The notes: a model not told the origin generated them from the sequence alone. A DNA stretch of 32,000 nt from Kineococcus radiotolerans SRS30216 = ATCC BAA-149 (GCF_000017305.1 NC_009664.2:1860001-1892000); one strand, 5' to 3'. Numbered from the stretch's first letter, positions 1 through 9,939 are shown. Numbers and translations are program-made.

Positions 1-381
1 CTGCGGCAGGAGCAGCTCCAGCAGGCCGATCGCGTCCCCGCGGGCGGTGACCGGGGCCAGCACCCGCACGGCCCCGGCGGGACGGCCGTCCCCGGGGGCG
101 GGCAGGACCCGCAGCCGCTGCTCGATGACGGTGCGCCCGTAGGGGAGGGTCTCGTCGTCCAGGGACACCTGCTCGGCCCGTTCCGTCCCCGGGCCCCCGG
201 CTCCGGGGTGGGTCAGCCGCACCAGCGCCTGCCCGGCGAAGTCGGTGAGGAGGAAGCTGACCCGCTCGGCCCCGACCTGCTCGCCCAGCCGCCGCTCGAA
301 CACGTCGACCGCGGCCACCGGGGGCGCGGCCTCCACGGCGTCGAGCAGTCCGGCCAGTCCGTCGTCGGAACGTTTCGGCAA
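1..381 (-). CDS. Partial CDS (first 127 codons; continues past the window start). GAF-like sensory N-terminus, possibly of a SpoIIE/PP2C-type signalling protein
   Basis: Absent from the ORF track because it is open at the window edge. The minus-strand frame ending at base 1 reads [58 protein letters not shown]...[21 protein letters not shown] with GC-rich third positions. A candidate TTG start at 381 is preceded by GAGGTGG. Both the start and the family are uncertain. Confidence 0.45.
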   Translation of the reverse strand, partial: MPKRSDDGLAGLLDAVEAAPPVAAVDVFERRLGEQVGAERVSFLLTDFAGQALVRLTHPGAGGPGTERAEQVSLDDETLPYGRTVIEQRLRVLPAPGDGRPAGAVRVLAPVTARGDAIGLLELLLPQ

Positions 382-515
382 GGACCCACCTCGGTGCTGC
401 GCAGACCGGACGAGCGGACCAGGAGGCCAGCATGCCGGAACCGGGCCGCCCTGTCGCGGCACCGGGCCGGGGTGCGCGGGCGAGCGACGCGGCGCCGGTC
501 CGGCAGACTGCCGGG

Positions 516-929
516 GTGGACGAGCAGCAGGTGGGGGCACGACCGGCGACGGGGGTCGGCATCGCCGACGTGGCGCACCGGCTGGGGATCAGCGCGCACA
601 CCCTGCGCTACTACGAGACCGCCGGGCTGCTGGTGGACCCGCCCGCGCGCGACGACGCGGGCCGCCGCTGCTACACCGACGCCCACCTGCGCTGGATCAC
701 GATGGTGCAGCGGCTGCGGGCCACCGGCATGCCGGTGCGGGTGGTGCGCGCCTACGCGGAGCTGTGCCGGGCGGGGGCGGGCAACGAGGACGCCCGCCTC
801 ACCCTGCTGCACGCCCACCGCGACCAGGTGCGCGCCCAGCTCGCCGAGGTCGCCGCCCACCTGGACGCCATCGAGGGGAAGATCGCGCTCTACGAGGGCT
901 CGACGGCGGGGGCCTCCGTCCCCGCTTGA
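516..929 (+). CDS. MerR-family transcriptional regulator
   Basis: Lies in ORF 432..929. N-terminal HTH signature [26 protein letters not shown]...[26 protein letters not shown], followed by a long helical C-terminus ([27 protein letters not shown]). Start placed at in-frame GTG 516; GTG 531 or position 432 are also possible. Confidence 0.85.
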   Translation: MDEQQVGARPATGVGIADVAHRLGISAHTLRYYETAGLLVDPPARDDAGRRCYTDAHLRWITMVQRLRATGMPVRVVRAYAELCRAGAGNEDARLTLLHAHRDQVRAQLAEVAAHLDAIEGKIALYEGSTAGASVPA

Positions 930-956
930 CTTCGAGCGCGCTCGAAGGCGCAGGCT
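926..956 (+). promoter_or_regulatory. MerR-type promoter: -35 TTGACT (926-931), 19-bp spacer holding a perfect 18-bp dyad CTTCGAGCGCGCTCGAAG (930-947), -10 CAGGCT (951-956)
   Basis: Read directly from cTTGACTTCGAGCGCGCTCGAAGgcgCAGGCTcggcgccATG. The dyad starts in the last 2 nt of the -35, as in the mer operator. The -10 ends 7 nt before the AKR ATG at 964, implying a leaderless or near-leaderless mRNA. The -35 overlaps the MerR stop codon (927-929). Confidence 0.6.
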
Positions 957-963
957 CGGCGCC

Positions 964-1966
<1,003 letters not shown>

Positions 1967-1968
<2 letters not shown>

Positions 1969-1998
1969 CGGTCGGTCGCCGACGGTCGGTCGCCGACG
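1967..1998. repeat. Tandem direct repeat GACGGTCGGTCGCC x2 plus a partial GACG
   Basis: tGACGGTCGGTCGCC GACGGTCGGTCGCC GACGag begins inside the AKR stop codon (1966-1968). Confidence 0.8.
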
Positions 1999-2077
1999 AG
2001 CCCGGGGACCCGGTACCGCTCCCGCGGGGCCGGGCCTCCGGCGCACCGGCGGGGCGACCGCCCGCCGGGGCGTCCCG

Positions 2078-3961
2078 CTACGGCTGGGCCAGGGGCGGAG
2101 CCGCCCCGGGCGAGGTGGGCGGCAGGACCTGCGGTCCGGCTTCGGCGGGGCGGGGCCCGTCCTCGGGGTGGGCGCGCAGCACGAGGAGGGCGATGTCGTC
2201 CTCCGCCGCCCCGTCGAGCCGGGCCAGCAGCGCGTCGCAGAGCTCCTCGGCGCTCAGGTGGTGCAGCTGCTCCAGGGTGGTGCGCAGCCACTCCAGCCCG
2301 TCCGGCAGCGGTGCGCCGCGGCGCTCCACCAGGCCGTCGGTGTAGAGGACGACGGTGGCGCCCGGTTCCAGGGTGACCGTGTGGTCGGTGCGGGCGGCGT
2401 CGGGCAGCAGGCCCAGCAGCAGGTCCGGCGGGGTCTGGAGCAGCCGCGCGGTGCCGTCGGCGTCGATGAGGACGGGCGGGGGGTGCCCGGCGTTGGACCA
2501 CCGCAGGGTCCGCAGCCCGGCGGCCCTCTCGGCGGGGGTCTGCTCCACCTGGGCCACCACGGCGGTGGCGATGACGCCGACCCCGAGGTGGTGCGCGGCC
2601 CGGTCCAGCCCCGCCAGCACCGCCGCGGGCGGCTCACCGAGGGTCATCGACACGCCGCGCAGCAGGTTGCGGAGCTGCGCCATGGCGGCCGCGGCGTCGC
2701 GGTCGTGCCCGGCGACGTCCCCGACGACGAGGGTGGTGACGCCGCTGGGGGCGAGGAAGCAGTCGTACCAGTCGCCGCCGATCTTCGCATCGGCCGCGGC
2801 CGGCAGGTAGCGCACCGCGATCTGCAGGTGGTCCGGCTCGAAGGGAGCCGTCAACAGGCTGCGCTGCAACGTCTCCGACAGGCGACGCTGCTCCCCCGCC
2901 ACCCGGCGCTCCTGCTCGTGGGCCTGCACCGCGGCCAGGCTCTGCGCGCACTGGGCGGCGAAGGCGCTCACCAGCTCGAGGTCGCGGTCGGTGAAGTCCT
3001 GCGGCTCGCGCCATCCGATGGTCAGGCCCCCCAGCGAGCGCCCCGCGGCCTGCAGCGGCAGCGACACCCACGTGCCGAGGCCGGTGCTGGTCACGGCCTC
3101 CTCCATGTGCGGCGTGAAGGCCAGGGCCGCCGCGCGGTCGGGCAGCACCACGACCTCCCCGGTGGCGGCGGCCACGGCCACCGGCAGCGGGCTGTCCAGC
3201 GGCACGCGCCCGAAGGCGCCGCGGGCCCGCTCCCCCAGCGACGCGGTCAGGGTCAGCTCCAGGGCGTCGCCCGCCTCGGTCCGCACGGCCACGGCCCCGC
3301 CGCCCGCGCCCAGCACCCCCAGACCGCGCCCGACGACGATGTCGGTCAGCTCCGCGACGGTCTGCGCCGCGGAGAGCGACAGCGCCACCTGCACGACGCC
3401 CGCCAGCCGCTGCGCGAGCACCGCCTCCGCGGTCAGCGCCGCGCGCAGCTCCTGCCCCCGCACGTAGAGGTCCGCCTCCGCGCGGTGGCGGTCCTCGGGG
3501 ACGTCGTAGAGGTCGACGCCGGCGTCGAAGCGCTGCGCCTGCCGCTCGGTGACGTAGGCGGTGACGTCCTCCGCGCGGTGCAGCAGCAGCACCACCCGCC
3601 CGTCCTCGTCCAGCACCGGCGCGTTCACCGGGCTCCACCAGAAGGGACGGAACACCCCGTCGGAACCGGCGACGTCGTACTTCTGCAGCGGCATCGTGTC
3701 CGGCCGGCCCGTCCGCAGCACCCGGCGCAGCGACGCCTCGAGGTTCGCCGTCGCGTGGGCCTCCGGGTCGTCCGGGTTGTCGGGGAAGACGTCGAAGACC
3801 AGCCGGCCGATGAGGTCCCCGCGCGAACGCCCCGACGACTCCAGGAAGGCTTGGTTCACGGCCACGAACCGCAGGTCGGTGTCGAGCACGGCGTAGGACG
3901 TGGGCACGGCGTCGAACACGGCGGCCAGGTCCAAGCGCGAGACGTCCGTCACCGACTGCAT
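2078..3961 (-). CDS. PAS-GAF-PP2C (SpoIIE-family) protein serine/threonine phosphatase
   Basis: Lies in ORF 2078..4264; start moved to ATG 3961 (MQSVTDVSRLDLAAVFDAVPTSYAVLD) because the upstream 101 codons overlap tRNA-Pro. The N-terminal PAS-like region reads FVAVNQAFLESSGRSRGDLIGRLVFDVFP...WSPVNAPVLDEDGRVVLLLHRAEDVT. A central GAF-like region follows. The C-terminal SpoIIE signature includes GGDWYD, VVGDVAGHD, NAGHPPP, LYTDGLVE. Confidence 0.88.
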   Translation of the reverse strand: MQSVTDVSRLDLAAVFDAVPTSYAVLDTDLRFVAVNQAFLESSGRSRGDLIGRLVFDVFPDNPDDPEAHATANLEASLRRVLRTGRPDTMPLQKYDVAGSDGVFRPFWWSPVNAPVLDEDGRVVLLLHRAEDVTAYVTERQAQRFDAGVDLYDVPEDRHRAEADLYVRGQELRAALTAEAVLAQRLAGVVQVALSLSAAQTVAELTDIVVGRGLGVLGAGGGAVAVRTEAGDALELTLTASLGERARGAFGRVPLDSPLPVAVAAATGEVVVLPDRAAALAFTPHMEEAVTSTGLGTWVSLPLQAAGRSLGGLTIGWREPQDFTDRDLELVSAFAAQCAQSLAAVQAHEQERRVAGEQRRLSETLQRSLLTAPFEPDHLQIAVRYLPAAADAKIGGDWYDCFLAPSGVTTLVVGDVAGHDRDAAAAMAQLRNLLRGVSMTLGEPPAAVLAGLDRAAHHLGVGVIATAVVAQVEQTPAERAAGLRTLRWSNAGHPPPVLIDADGTARLLQTPPDLLLGLLPDAARTDHTVTLEPGATVVLYTDGLVERRGAPLPDGLEWLRTTLEQLHHLSAEELCDALLARLDGAAEDDIALLVLRAHPEDGPRPAEAGPQVLPPTSPGAAPPLAQP

Positions 3962-4057
3962 CCCGTTCCTCGAGGAGACCGGGCCCTGCGCCCGGGCGCC
4001 ATCGTAGGGCTCGCGGGGGTCGGCGATGGCGGGAACGGCAGGGTCCGCGGACGACGA

Positions 4058-4089
4058 AGGCCCGGTCCCGCTCTCGCGGTTCCGGGCCT
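4058..4089 (-). terminator. Stem-loop directly downstream of tRNA-Pro (8-bp stem AGGCCCGG/CCGGGCCT with an inner CCGC/GCGG stem)
   Basis: The minus strand reads aGGCCCGGaaCCGCgagaGCGGgaCCGGGCCttcgtcgtc, about 18 nt after the tRNA 3' end. There is no strong U-tract, which is common in high-GC actinobacteria. Confidence 0.4.
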
Positions 4090-4106
4090 CTGACCTGCGG
4101 TCTTGC

Positions 4107-4183
<77 letters not shown>

Positions 4184-4275
4184 ATGGTCGCTGACTGCGC
4201 GACCTCGACGAGGATAGCCCACTCCGGGCGTCGCTCCGAACCACCCTCCCCCACCCGGCCGCACCCGGCCCCGGG

Positions 4276-5202
4276 TCAGCGGCGGGGCACGAGCTCCAGC
4301 AGGGTCGCCTCGGGGCGGCAGGCGAAGCGGAGGGGGGCGTAGGGGGAGGTGCCGAGGCCGGCGGAGACGTGCAGCCAGGCGTCGTGGCCGCCCGCGGACC
4401 AGCGGGACAGGCCGGAGACCTGCTCGCGGGGCAGGTCGCAGTTGGTGACCAGCGCCCCGTAGCCGGGCACGCAGAGCTGCCCGCCGTGGGTGTGGCCGGC
4501 GACGAGGAGGGCGGCGCCGTCGGCGGTCATGGCGTCCAGGGTCCGGCGGTAGGGGGCGTGGGTGACGGCGATGGTCAGGTCGGCGTCGGGGGCGGCGGGG
4601 CCGGCGACGTCGTCGTAGCGGTCGTAGCCCAGGTGCGGGTCGTCGACGCCGACGAACTCCACGTCCAGGGCCCCGACGCCCAGGCGCGCGCGGGCGTTGT
4701 CGAGGTCCACCCAGCCGGCGTCGGTGAAGCCGCGGACGAGGTCGGCGGTGGGCAGCGGCACGGCCTCCTCGCCGACGGCGTGCGAGGAGGGCCCCAGCAG
4801 GTACTTCGACCAGTTGCGCGGGCGCGGCGCCCAGTAGTCGTTGGAGCCCAGCACGAACACCCCCGGCCGCGTCAGCAGCCCGGCGTACGTCTCCAGCACC
4901 GCGGGCACGGCGTCGTGGGCGGCGAGGTTGTCCCCGGTGACGACGACGAGGTCCGGTTCGAGGTCGGCGAGCGCCGCGACCCAGGCGCGCTTGCGGTGCT
5001 GGCGCGGGACGAGGTGCAGGTCGGACAGGTGCAGGACCCGCAGCGGCGCGGCCCCCACGGGCAGCACGGGGACGAGGGCGTGGCGCAGTGCGAAGGCCCG
5101 CACCTCGTACCCGGCGGCGTACCCGACCCCGGCCGCACCGGCCAGCGCCGCCGCTCCGGCGGTCCCGGCGACGGCCCTCAACACGCGCGACGATCCTGCC
5201 AT
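4276..5202 (-). CDS. Membrane-anchored metallophosphoesterase (calcineurin-like; Rv3683-type)
   Basis: Lies in ORF 4276..5229. Motifs LHLSDLHL, VVVTGDN, LGSNDY and AGHTHGGQ, with an N-terminal hydrophobic anchor. Start set at ATG 5202 (MAGSSRVL); TTG 5229 is the alternative. Confidence 0.88.
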   Translation of the reverse strand: MAGSSRVLRAVAGTAGAAALAGAAGVGYAAGYEVRAFALRHALVPVLPVGAAPLRVLHLSDLHLVPRQHRKRAWVAALADLEPDLVVVTGDNLAAHDAVPAVLETYAGLLTRPGVFVLGSNDYWAPRPRNWSKYLLGPSSHAVGEEAVPLPTADLVRGFTDAGWVDLDNARARLGVGALDVEFVGVDDPHLGYDRYDDVAGPAAPDADLTIAVTHAPYRRTLDAMTADGAALLVAGHTHGGQLCVPGYGALVTNCDLPREQVSGLSRWSAGGHDAWLHVSAGLGTSPYAPLRFACRPEATLLELVPRR

Positions 5203-5259
5203 CCCGCCATCCTCGCGCGGTCCCGGCAACCCGCTCGACGGGGGTGGGAGGATGACGGC

Positions 5260-5727
5260 GTGAGCGACACCCTCAAGGACTCCCTGCAGGCCGACCTGAC
5301 CACCGCGATGAAGGCCCGCGACGAGCTGCGGTCGGCGACGCTGCGGATGGTCCTCACGGCGATCCGCGCCGAGGAGGTCGCCGGGAAGTCCGCGCGCACC
5401 CTGTCCGACGACGAGGTCGTCGCCGTCCTGCAGCGGGAGGCGAAGAAGCGCCGCGAGGCCGCCGAGGCGTTCGCCGGCGCCGGGCGCGCCGAGCAGGGCG
5501 AGCGCGAGACCGCGGAGCTGTCCGTCATCGAGACGTACCTGCCGACCCCGCTGACCGACGAGGAGCTCGACGCCCTCGTCGACGAGGCCGTCCTCATCGC
5601 CACCGCCGAGGGCCTGACCGGCATGGGCGCGATGGGTGCCGTCATGTCGCAGCTGAAGCCGAAGGTCGGCGGGCGCGCCGACGGCAAGCGGCTCTCCGGG
5701 GCGGTGCGGGCCCGCCTGCAGGCCTGA
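5260..5727 (+). CDS. GatB/YqeY domain-containing protein
   Basis: GTG 5260 is preceded by GGGAGG, inside ORF 4369..5727. The sequence VSDTLKDSLQADLTTAMKARDELRSATLRMVLTAIRAEEVAGK...ETYLPTPLTDEELDALV...MGAVMSQLKPKVGGRADGKRLSGAVRARL is typical of YqeY. Confidence 0.88.
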   Translation: MSDTLKDSLQADLTTAMKARDELRSATLRMVLTAIRAEEVAGKSARTLSDDEVVAVLQREAKKRREAAEAFAGAGRAEQGERETAELSVIETYLPTPLTDEELDALVDEAVLIATAEGLTGMGAMGAVMSQLKPKVGGRADGKRLSGAVRARLQA

Positions 5728-5733
5728 GCGGCG

Positions 5734-5760
5734 GCTCCGGTCCGCCGTGCGGGCCGGAGC
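5734..5760. terminator. Bidirectional hairpin between the convergent yqeY-like and GPP34 genes
   Basis: GCTCCGGTCCGC cgt GCGGGCCGGAGC forms a 12-bp stem (one G-T pair) with a 3-nt loop. It occupies most of the 36-bp gap between the two stop codons. Confidence 0.5.
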
Positions 5761-5763
5761 GGG

Positions 5764-6447
5764 TCAGCTGCTGGTCGTGACGACGGTGCTGGCGACGACG
5801 GCGCTCACCACCGCGGCCTGCGCCGCGCGGACCGCGTCGGACACCGCGGCCCCGGCCCACTCCCCCTGCGCCATGGCCTCCACGACGGCCTTCGCCCGGT
5901 CCGTGGCCTGACGGCGCGACCACCCCAGGTCGGGGACGACGCGGGGCACGGCACCCACGGAGTGCAGCAGCGACACCAGCGCCGCGGCGCGCGGGGGCAC
6001 CTGCGCGGGGTCCGCGGCGTCCAGGGCGGACGCCACCTGCGCCACCAGCGCCTTGCGCGCGGCGGGGTCGGGGTGGTCGCGGGCGAAGCGCAGGAAGCCG
6101 CCCGGTTCGTGGCGCAGCACCCCGCGCGCCACCATCCGGTTCCGCACGGCGCGGGCGAGGCGACGGCCCCCGAGGCGCTGCACCGCGGTCCGGGTGTGGG
6201 TGGTGCGCCCCTCCAGCCGCTGCAGCGCGTCGTCGAGGACGGCGTCGCCCGTCGGGGAGGCGTCACGCACCCGCAGCTTCGCCCCGCCCCAGCGGCTGGG
6301 GTCGCTCTCCAGGCGCTCGCGCAGCGCCAGGTCCATCAGCACCGCTCCCGGCAGCACCGCGGTGAGGCGGGTGGCGTCGGTCAGCGGCCGCCCCGACTCC
6401 GGGTTCAGCAGGAGCAGGGTGACGTCGTCCACGAGCGGTGCGTCCAC
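5764..6447 (-). CDS. GPP34 (GOLPH3/VPS74-like) family protein
   Basis: 227-aa ORF; GTG 6447 is preceded by GGAGG. The N-terminus DDVTLLLLNPESGRPL...AVLPGAVLMDLALRERL and the overall helical pattern match actinobacterial proteins annotated as GPP34 family. Confidence 0.7.
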   Translation of the reverse strand: MDAPLVDDVTLLLLNPESGRPLTDATRLTAVLPGAVLMDLALRERLESDPSRWGGAKLRVRDASPTGDAVLDDALQRLEGRTTHTRTAVQRLGGRRLARAVRNRMVARGVLRHEPGGFLRFARDHPDPAARKALVAQVASALDAADPAQVPPRAAALVSLLHSVGAVPRVVPDLGWSRRQATDRAKAVVEAMAQGEWAGAAVSDAVRAAQAAVVSAVVASTVVTTSS

Positions 6448-6609
6448 GGGAACCTCCGGTGCGTGCGGTCCGAGCCCCTCCAGCCTGCCAGGACGCCCCC
6501 GCGAGCGGCCAGGGGCCGGGGACCCGCACCGGAACCCCGCCCGGGAACGACGACGGCGAGCGCGGGGAGCCGAAGGGGCTCCCCGGCTCGCCGTCGGGGT
6601 CGTGCGGGG

Positions 6610-9075
6610 TCAGCCCTGGGCGTCCGGGGCCGGAGCCGGGGCCGGGGGCTGCTCCGCGGGCGGCTGCGGGGCCGCGGGGCTCTCGGCGGCCGGCTGCGTC
6701 GGCTCGGGCGCCGGTTCCTGCGTCCGCACCGGGGCGGGCCCGGAGCTGCGGGTGATGGTGATCGTTGCGCCGGCCGCGGCGGAGCGGGCGCTCTGGGAGG
6801 CGACCCGGCCCTTGGGGACGGACTGCGAGGACACCGTCCCCCCGGCGACCCTGACCTTGAACCCGGCGGCCTGCAGCTCGCTCGTCGCGGAGGCGACGCT
6901 GCGCCCCACGACGCTGGGGACCCTCGTGCGGCCGTCGCTGGTGGTGGTCTTCAGGCCGTCGTTGCTGCCCGGGGTGAACGTCGCCTTGGGCAGGTTCAGG
7001 GCGTCGGAGGCGGGCCCGACGATGCCGGTCCAGATCGGGCCGGCGATCGTGGCGCCGAAGACGCGACCGCGCCGGACGCCGTTGATCCGCTCCCCGATGG
7101 GCGACTTCGGGGTCTCGTGGCCCACCCACACCGCCGAGGCCAGCTGCGGGGTGTAGGCGGCGAACCAGGTGTCCAAGCTCTTGTTCGTCGTCCCCGTCTT
7201 GCTCGCGACCTGACGGCCCTTGAGCAGCGACTTGCCCCCGACCGACGCGGCGGTGCCGCCGGTCCAGCCGCCCTGCAGGGCCTCGGTGACGTTGCGGGCG
7301 ACGTTGACGTCGAGGACCTGCTTGCAGTCCGCGGACGGGATGGCCAGCGGCTTGCCGTCGGTGTCGAGGACCTCGCTGATCGCGGTGGGGCGGCAGAAGT
7401 TGCCCTCGGCGGCGAACGCGGCGTAGGCGCCGGCGACGGCCAGCGGGGTGACGAGGTTCGTGCCCAGGGTCAGCGACGGGTAGAGGTCGAGGTCGGCGTT
7501 GGTCTGGCCGGTGGGGAAGTTCTCCCCCACCCGTCCCTTGTAGACCCCCAGGGACTGGGCGGTGGCGCCGATGTCGCAGAGGTCCAGCTGCTTCTCCATC
7601 GACACGTAGGCGGTGTTCACCGACTTCGCGGTGGCCTGGCGGACGCTCATCACGCCCCCGCCGCCGCCCTCGGAGTTGCTGTAGGGGTACCGGCCGCCGC
7701 GCATCTTCTGCCCGCAGCTGGTGAAGGCGCTGAACGGGTCGTCGCCCCGGCTGGGAGCGGCGACGGTGGAGTCCAGGGACTTGCCGGCCTTCAGCCACGT
7801 CGCGAGGGTGAACGCCTTGAACGTCGACCCCTGCTGGAAGCCCTGGGTGCCGCCCATGGCCTCGCTGACGTTGTAGTTGTAGGTCGTCACCCCGATCTGG
7901 TCGTCGTCGGGGGAGTACGTGGTGTTCTGCGCCATCGCCAGGATGCTGCCCGTGCCCGGCTGCACGACCGAGGCGGCCGCGCGGGCCAGCTGCCCGGGGT
8001 TGACGCCCCTGTTCACCGAGTCCTGGGTGATCTGCTGGACGGTGGGGTCCAGCGTGGTCTTGATCGTCAGCCCGCCGCTGCGCAGCAGCCGCCGGCGGTC
8101 CTCCTCGGTGGCGCCGAAGGCCGGGTCGGTCTCCACGACGCGCACGACGTAGGTGCAGAAGTACGCCGCCGTCCCGGCGGCCAGGCAGCCCTGCCGGCTG
8201 GGGTTGCGGCGCAGGTCCAGCGGCGTCGCCACGGCCTGGTCGTGGGTGACCTGGTCGATCTTGCCGACCTCCAGCATCCGGTCCAGCACGACGTTGCGCC
8301 GCTTCACCGCCGCGTCGGGGTACTTCACCGGGTTGTACGCGGCCGGGTTCTGCACCATGCCGGCCAGCAGCGCCGACTCCGGCAGGGTGAGGTCGATCGC
8401 GGCCCTGGAGAAGTAGTACTGCGCCGCGGCCTCGATGCCGTAGACGTTGTTCTGGAAGTACGCGACGTTGAGGTAGCCGGTGAGGATGTCGTCCTTCGAC
8501 ATCTCCTTCTCCACGCCCACCGCGAGCTTCATCTCGCGCAGCTTGCGCGCGTAGCCGTCGACGCCCTCGTGCTCGACCGCGGCGGCGGCGGCCTGGGTGT
8601 CGCCCTCCTGCACGGCCTGCTGGACCAGCACGTTCTTCACGTACTGCTGGGTCAGCGTCGAGGCACCCTGGGTGCCGCCGCCCCCGGCGTTGGACACCAG
8701 GGCGCGCGCGATGCCCTTCAGGTCCACCGCCCCGTGCTGGTAGAAGCGGTCGTCCTCGATGGAGACGATCGCGTCGCGCATGACGGGGGCGATCTGGTCG
8801 AAGGTGATGACGCTGCGGTTCTGGTCGTAGACCTTCGCCATCACCGTCCCGTCGCCCCAGAGGATCGTGGAGGCCTCGGACAGCGACTTGTCGCCCAGGT
8901 CGCCGGGCAGCTCGTTGAAGATGTCCACGCCCTGGCTCGTCAGGTTGCCGGTGGCGGCAACGGCCGGGACGACCAGCCCGGCGCCGAGGACCCCGCCGGC
9001 GGCGCTGACGGCTGCGAACGCGGCGAGCAGCCGGAGGACGGGGCGCCGCGGGTGCGAGGTGGGGCGAGGAGCCAT
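6610..9075 (-). CDS. ponA: Class A penicillin-binding protein (GT51 transglycosylase + transpeptidase) with a C-terminal PASTA domain and a Pro/Ala-rich tail; PonA2 (Rv3682)-like
   Basis: Lies in ORF 6610..9162. GT51 motifs EDDRFYQHGAVD, GASTLTQQYVKN and RKLREMKLA. Transpeptidase motifs STFK and KTGTT. PASTA-like segment RVPSVVGRSVASATSELQAAGFKV...GATITITRS. An N-terminal TM helix is present. Start at ATG 9075 (MAPRPTSHPRRPVLRLLAAF); 9162 is the alternative. Confidence 0.93.
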   Translation of the reverse strand: MAPRPTSHPRRPVLRLLAAFAAVSAAGGVLGAGLVVPAVAATGNLTSQGVDIFNELPGDLGDKSLSEASTILWGDGTVMAKVYDQNRSVITFDQIAPVMRDAIVSIEDDRFYQHGAVDLKGIARALVSNAGGGGTQGASTLTQQYVKNVLVQQAVQEGDTQAAAAAVEHEGVDGYARKLREMKLAVGVEKEMSKDDILTGYLNVAYFQNNVYGIEAAAQYYFSRAAIDLTLPESALLAGMVQNPAAYNPVKYPDAAVKRRNVVLDRMLEVGKIDQVTHDQAVATPLDLRRNPSRQGCLAAGTAAYFCTYVVRVVETDPAFGATEEDRRRLLRSGGLTIKTTLDPTVQQITQDSVNRGVNPGQLARAAASVVQPGTGSILAMAQNTTYSPDDDQIGVTTYNYNVSEAMGGTQGFQQGSTFKAFTLATWLKAGKSLDSTVAAPSRGDDPFSAFTSCGQKMRGGRYPYSNSEGGGGGVMSVRQATAKSVNTAYVSMEKQLDLCDIGATAQSLGVYKGRVGENFPTGQTNADLDLYPSLTLGTNLVTPLAVAGAYAAFAAEGNFCRPTAISEVLDTDGKPLAIPSADCKQVLDVNVARNVTEALQGGWTGGTAASVGGKSLLKGRQVASKTGTTNKSLDTWFAAYTPQLASAVWVGHETPKSPIGERINGVRRGRVFGATIAGPIWTGIVGPASDALNLPKATFTPGSNDGLKTTTSDGRTRVPSVVGRSVASATSELQAAGFKVRVAGGTVSSQSVPKGRVASQSARSAAAGATITITRSSGPAPVRTQEPAPEPTQPAAESPAAPQPPAEQPPAPAPAPDAQG

Positions 9076-9374
9076 GACGACAGGGTAAGCGCCGGGCCGG
9101 GTGCGTCCCGGGAACGCACGAGTCCTCCGCGAGCGCTCCGCAGGATCGTGACCGGAGCGCAACGCTGCGTCGACCCGTGTGGGTGACGGTGGGTTAGCCC
9201 GAAGTGACTACCCAGGTTCGTCACAAGGGGCTCTAGGACCGTGTCCCGGCCGACAATACGCTGCGGGAGTGCTCGACGTGGGGCACTCAGGGGGATTCAC
9301 AGGGATCGCACGAACCGGGGGGAACCGGTGCCCAGGGCACCGGACCGGGGGAGGCGTCGACGGGAGGGGCCGTC

Positions 9375-9725
9375 ATGGCGTGGACGTTGGAGTGGGCGAG
9401 CCGGGGAGCCTGCAAGGCCACCGAGGCCGACGAGCTGTTCGTGCAGGGCTCGGCGCAGAACCGCGCCAAGCAGATCTGCGGGGGGTGCCCCGTGCGCACC
9501 GAGTGCCTGGCCGACGCGCTGGACAGCCGCGTCGAGTTCGGCGTCTGGGGCGGGATGACCGAGCGGGAACGGCGGGCGCTGCTCAAGCGCCGCCCGAACG
9601 TGCAGTCCTGGCGCCGGCTGCTGGAGACCGCGCGCGACGCGCACCTCGGGAGCGCCACCGCCGAGGTCACCGGCTCCGGTGCCGTGTCCGCCCTCGTGCT
9701 CGAGGACGCGCGCGCGGCCGTCTGA
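9375..9725 (+). CDS. WhiB-family [4Fe-4S] transcription factor (WhiB4/WblA-type by gene context)
   Basis: 116-aa ORF with Cys pattern C-x23-C-x2-C-x5-C (GACKA...QICGGCPVRTEC), the GVWGG turn and a basic tail. It is divergent from the PBP gene, as for whiB4-ponA2 in mycobacteria and wblA in Streptomyces. Confidence 0.9.
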   Translation: MAWTLEWASRGACKATEADELFVQGSAQNRAKQICGGCPVRTECLADALDSRVEFGVWGGMTERERRALLKRRPNVQSWRRLLETARDAHLGSATAEVTGSGAVSALVLEDARAAV

Positions 9726-9777
9726 GCCCGCACCGCCCCCGGCCCCTCCGCGGCCGGGGGCCACTACGGTGGCGGCC

Positions 9778-9939
9778 ATGACCACCTGGGAGTACGCCAC
9801 CGTCCCGCTGATCGTCCACGCGACGAAGCAGATCCTCGACCAGTGGGGCAGCGACGGCTGGGAGCTCGTCACCGTCCTCACCGGCCCCGACGGCAACGGC
9901 CTCGTCGCCTACCTCAAGCGCCCGAGCGGCGAGCGGTGA
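9778..9939 (+). CDS. DUF4177-like small protein (Rv3678A-type)
   Basis: ATG 9778 lies inside ORF 9679..9939. MTTWEYATVPLIVHATKQILDQWGSDGWELVTVLTGPDGNGLVAYLKRP matches the DUF4177 pattern. Its stop overlaps the next gene's GTG (GTGA). Confidence 0.75.
   Translation: MTTWEYATVPLIVHATKQILDQWGSDGWELVTVLTGPDGNGLVAYLKRPSGER

Noticed and set aside
5962-9186. 1074-aa plus-strand ORF, the second-longest plus-strand ORF in the track
   Set aside because: It lies exactly antisense to the well-supported class A PBP and GPP34 genes. Its translation is a low-complexity run of R/G/A/P/V/H with no motifs. Long stop-free antisense frames are expected at this GC content.
9200-9225. Possible CRP site upstream of whiB (GTGAC...GTCAC)
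   Set aside because: The GTGA and TCAC cores are 13 nt apart rather than 6, which does not fit CRP-family dimer spacing.
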